Source of the DNA: the human T2T-CHM13v2.0 reference genome, Homo sapiens
Strand: one strand, 5' to 3'
Assembly: GCF_009914755.1 (NCBI RefSeq)
Contig: NC_060932.1
DNA: 64,000 bases
The translations under genes and the position numbers were made by a program. Positions 63,757 to 64,000 of the stretch are shown here, one piece after another (positions within the stretch are counted from its first letter, which is position 1; every line of letters begins with the position of its first letter). The notes beneath the pieces are model-generated. The model was not told the DNA's origin. It searched no databases and was given only the letters and a program-made list of their open reading frames with translations.

Positions 63757-64000
63757 TGGCTCATGCCTATAATCCCAGCACTTTGGGAGGCTAAGGTGGG
63801 AGGATCGCTTGAACCCAGGACTTTGAGATCAGCCTGGGCAACATGGTGAGACCCTGTCTCTACCAAAAAAAAATTAGCTGGGTGTGGTGGCAAATGCCTG
63901 AGGGTGAGGTGGGAGGACTGCTTGAGCCCAGAAGTTCAAGGATGCAGTGAGCCGCTGTGATCATGCGACTGCAGTTCAGCCTTGCTGAAAGAGTAAGACT
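63757..64000 (+). mobile_element. AluJ with internal deletion, cut by the window end
   Basis: GGCTCATGCCTATAATCCCAGC...GGATCGCTTGAACCCAGG. Confidence 0.82.

Overview
Primate (almost certainly human) genomic DNA containing the 5' end of EXT1 (exostosin glycosyltransferase 1, heparan sulfate co-polymerase) on the minus strand. It holds the first ~12.5 kb of intron 1 (1-12543), the large first exon (CDS 13505->12544, 5' UTR to about 14285), a CpG-island promoter, and ~49 kb of upstream DNA made mostly of Alu, MIR, L1, L2, L3/CR1, LTR (MER51, MER52, MLT1) and DNA-transposon (Tigger4, MER5, MER20, MER30) relics plus microsatellites. EXT1 exon 1 is the only credible protein-coding sequence; the other ORFs in the track are Alu, L1, LTR, simple-repeat or GC-rich artefacts. 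I found no convincing new multi-gene system. The features most worth following up are: a 5' UTR with seven upstream AUGs in front of a weak-context main AUG; a donor site whose read-through gives an immediate in-frame stop; an (ATGC)6 RBFOX-motif array in intron 1; a 107-bp TSD-flanked orphan retro-insertion; a ~250-bp foreign insert splitting a Tigger4 element; a (CT)22(AT)28 repeat near the promoter; and an Ig-switch-like (TGAGC)6 array. Repeat subfamily names and boundaries were assigned by eye and are approximate.
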